A stretch of 64,000 bases of DNA from an uncultured Chloroflexia bacterium (GTDB lineage Bacteria > Chloroflexota > Anaerolineae > Anaerolineales > UBA4823): assembly GCA_963822175.1 (NCBI GenBank), contig CAWGGJ010000003.1:666287-730286 (forward strand). Direction: 5' to 3'. Below, piece by piece: positions 61,988 to 64,000 of the stretch (position 1 is its first letter; the number at the start of each line of letters is the position of its first letter). The notes under the pieces are model-generated. The model ran no database searches. It saw only the letters and a list, made by a program, of their open reading frames with translations, and was not told the DNA's origin. The position numbers were made by a program, and so were the translations under genes.

Positions 61988-62491
61988 ATGTCCCAACCTC
62001 GCCTCCCACCTCGTGGGATCTTCATCCCCACCCATATGATCTTTAACACCCAGCTGCCCCCGGCTGTGCTGGTCACCTGGATCAAGCTGCGCTGCCTAGC
62101 CTGGGATGGATGGGTTACGCCGCCCTTTAGCATACCTGAGCTTGCCTCCCTCATCGGCATTCACCCGAACAGATTACACAAGCACCTGTCCCATCTTCAA
62201 GAAATATCCGCCCTGGCATGGCGCATAACAAAGGCAGGAAAGCTTATCCTGTCCTTCCCCGAAGAGCCTGCTGCCAGGATAGTGAACCAGCCCTCAGCAT
62301 CCATTCTCCCGGGTGCAACGATTCCTTATCCCCAGGACCGAGATACCCTTGCTAGCCCGTCTTACTTTCCGCCGCAAATCCTTGGTTATCTTTCCTATCC
62401 GGAAGAACCTGAAGGATTCTCAACCCTGGAAGTATGTGAAGATTTGAAGCTTGAGCGAGTGAATGAAGTGGCTGATTTTGAGCATTGCTGA
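61988..62491 (+). CDS. hypothetical protein, possible winged-helix DNA-binding protein
   Basis: 167-aa ATG ORF. The segment FSIPELASLIGIHPNRLHKHLSHLQE looks HTH-like. No family recognised. Confidence 0.5.
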   Translation: MSQPRLPPRGIFIPTHMIFNTQLPPAVLVTWIKLRCLAWDGWVTPPFSIPELASLIGIHPNRLHKHLSHLQEISALAWRITKAGKLILSFPEEPAARIVNQPSASILPGATIPYPQDRDTLASPSYFPPQILGYLSYPEEPEGFSTLEVCEDLKLERVNEVADFEHC

Positions 62492-62594
62492 GCTGATCTG
62501 TACCAATGATAGATACACTATCTAATAATAAATGCGGCGATCATGATCATCCATGACCGCCGCCAGGAGTAGCCTGGTTTAATTCCCAGCCTTT

Positions 62595-63215
62595 CTACCC
62601 AGAAGCCTGACTCCTTGACTGTAATAACTGGATCAGGGTGAGCAGCAGTATCGGATTCACCTCGCTGGTCTGCATGGTTGTGGCAGGTTGGCTGGCTGCG
62701 GGTGTGCCTTGTGCGACCATTCCAGCATTGATTTCACTCATGACACTATCCCCCCCACCTGGCATGCCACCCGGACCCTCCATAGGGGCAGCCTGACTTT
62801 GCCCGGAGGCGTTGGGAGTGCTGGCTGAGGCAGGCACACTTGCACCCGCTTCCATGGATTGCATCATGGCGCTAACCTGCTCTTCAGTGAGACCCATTGC
62901 ATCCATCTCCCTGACCTGGTCGGTGGTCATGGTTTCCTGGATCTGTTTCACCAACGCATCCAGCTCCACCTGGGAGGTGGTGTCACTGTTGCTCAAGGAT
63001 TGATAAGCCTGCCACAGGGTAAGCAGCACACCTGCCTGTGGGGCAGTCACTGCCTGAGCAGTGCCCTCCAGTTTAAGCGTGCCAGCTGCCAGCTCAACCG
63101 CAAGAGATAAACCGCTGCTGGTTATGACAGACACTGTGGGCGTACTGCTGCACCCTGCCAGCACGGTGGCAATGATCGTAATTAGGGTGCAAATGTTAAT
63201 GAGTTTTGACTTCAT
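62595..63215 (-). CDS. secreted lipoprotein with LTxxQ-like motifs (CpxP/Spy-style) and a Met-rich tail
   Basis: Lipobox LAGC. MTTDQVREM and LTEEQVSAM repeats. Confidence 0.6.
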   Translation of the reverse strand: MKSKLINICTLITIIATVLAGCSSTPTVSVITSSGLSLAVELAAGTLKLEGTAQAVTAPQAGVLLTLWQAYQSLSNSDTTSQVELDALVKQIQETMTTDQVREMDAMGLTEEQVSAMMQSMEAGASVPASASTPNASGQSQAAPMEGPGGMPGGGDSVMSEINAGMVAQGTPAASQPATTMQTSEVNPILLLTLIQLLQSRSQASG

Positions 63216-63236
63216 TTTATCGTCCTTTCTTCGGTT

Positions 63237-64000
63237 CTATGTACATTCACCAAAATCGCAACGGTTGTTATTATTGCTATCTGTATAACGCCGGCATTGC
63301 CCAGGGAACGAACAGTGCCTGCCACACTGGATGCTGCAACTATCACTCGATGAGAACCAACCGGATGAAGATTGGGGAACACCCGACTGGTTGATATAGT
63401 AACTTGAGGAATTGCTTGTTTCATCCTGGATGGTCGTGCTGCCTTCTCCGCCCTGCAATGCTGCCAGGCTCCTGGTGGCACTCAGCATGGCAATTAACGA
63501 TGCACCTCCCGCTACCCCAAACACCTTCAAAAAATCCCGCCGGTCCATGGAGTGCCTGTCGACTGGAACCGGCTGCAGCTGGGGTGATTTTGCAAGCGTG
63601 GGGACGGATGGTATTACAATTGCCCTGGTTGTTTTGGATATCCACCGCCAGTGGAGCGCCAGTTTGACCATGAGCGCCAGCAGGGTTGTTATGGATGCAA
63701 TAATGTGAATGGTGAGCCAGCTGGTGTAGTTGTTGAGGGGTACTCCCAGCCAGGTGGAAATGACCAGCCCGGTGAGGATGATCAGGGCAAAACCTGCCAG
63801 CAACAAGCCATCAACAATGTACTTGAGTAACACGTTTCCCGATACATTGTTGAACAAACGCTTGCTCACTGCATCCACCCAATCGAGTGGATCAGCAGGT
63901 GATAAAGTGCCAGCAAGCCGCCAAAGGCACCGATCCACTGGTGTAGCTCGATGCCAGTAAAACTCAGGAAAAATGCCAGCAGGAATCCTGTAAACAACAA
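63237..64000 (-). CDS. DUF4405-like membrane protein with a twin-arginine-like segment and a Cys-rich C-terminus (partial at window edge, one frameshift near 63878-63880)
   Basis: HQWIGAFGGLLALYHLLIHS (frame of 63866..64000) and LALHWRW (frame of 63237..63938) are typical of DUF4405 helices. RRDFLKVFGVAGGASL is TAT-like. The C-terminus is CSIQCGRHCSFPGQCRRYTDSNNNNRCDFGEC. Confidence 0.6.
   Translation of the reverse strand, partial: VVYRIPAGIFPEFYWHRATPVDRCLWRLAGTLSPADPLDWVDAVSKRLFNNVSGNVLLKYIVDGLLLAGFALIILTGLVISTWLGVPLNNYTSWLTIHIIASITTLLALMVKLALHWRWISKTTRAIVIPSVPTLAKSPQLQPVPVDRHSMDRRDFLKVFGVAGGASLIAMLSATRSLAALQGGEGSTTIQDETSNSSSYYINQSGVPQSSSGWFSSSDSCSIQCGRHCSFPGQCRRYTDSNNNNRCDFGECT

Overview
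This is 64 kb of bacterial chromosome that mixes housekeeping genes with several accessory islets. The protein styles point to a Chloroflexota (Anaerolineae-like) genome: ribosomal protein S1 fused to a DUF4332-like tail, giant secreted beta-helix/DUF11 proteins, and a polytopic membrane protein ending in an HTH. That placement is inference only and no search was possible. Housekeeping and metabolic genes I can support: an ABC-2 exporter pair, a DHFR-family reductase, a cupin, a DHA2-type MFS transporter, dodecin, di-haem cytochrome c peroxidase, kamA, cysK-cysE followed by a ThiF/rhodanese enzyme and an LmbE-type deacetylase, radA, clpC, rpsA, GNAT, a GMC oxidoreductase, hbd plus thiolase, a HIT protein, xseA/xseB, a DUF212-like membrane protein and an NAD-dependent epimerase. 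Accessory content: (i) mobile-element debris at the left edge (an IS transposase fragment and an integrase pseudogene). (ii) A visibly AT-rich islet (about 4.6-8.7 kb) with two secreted beta-propeller proteins. (iii) An unclassified ~250-nt repeat in two full copies plus one partial copy, whose substitutions preserve hairpins only on the minus strand; this is a candidate structured RNA. (iv) A 17-kb surface-protein block: a membrane-anchored clostripain-like (C11) peptidase, then a 3.42-kb unit present three times in tandem (one intact ~1038-aa beta-helix/DUF11 gene, one copy with two frameshifts, one heavily decayed), then two more beta-helix genes. All five beta-helix proteins end in the same short tail, aromatic-L-P-[LV]-x-x-[RK] followed by 0-1 residues. 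Other leads are a Cys-codon leader-peptide attenuator candidate upstream of cysK and several homopolymer-associated frameshifts that could be assembly errors. I saw no rRNA, tRNA, CRISPR array or reverse transcriptase.
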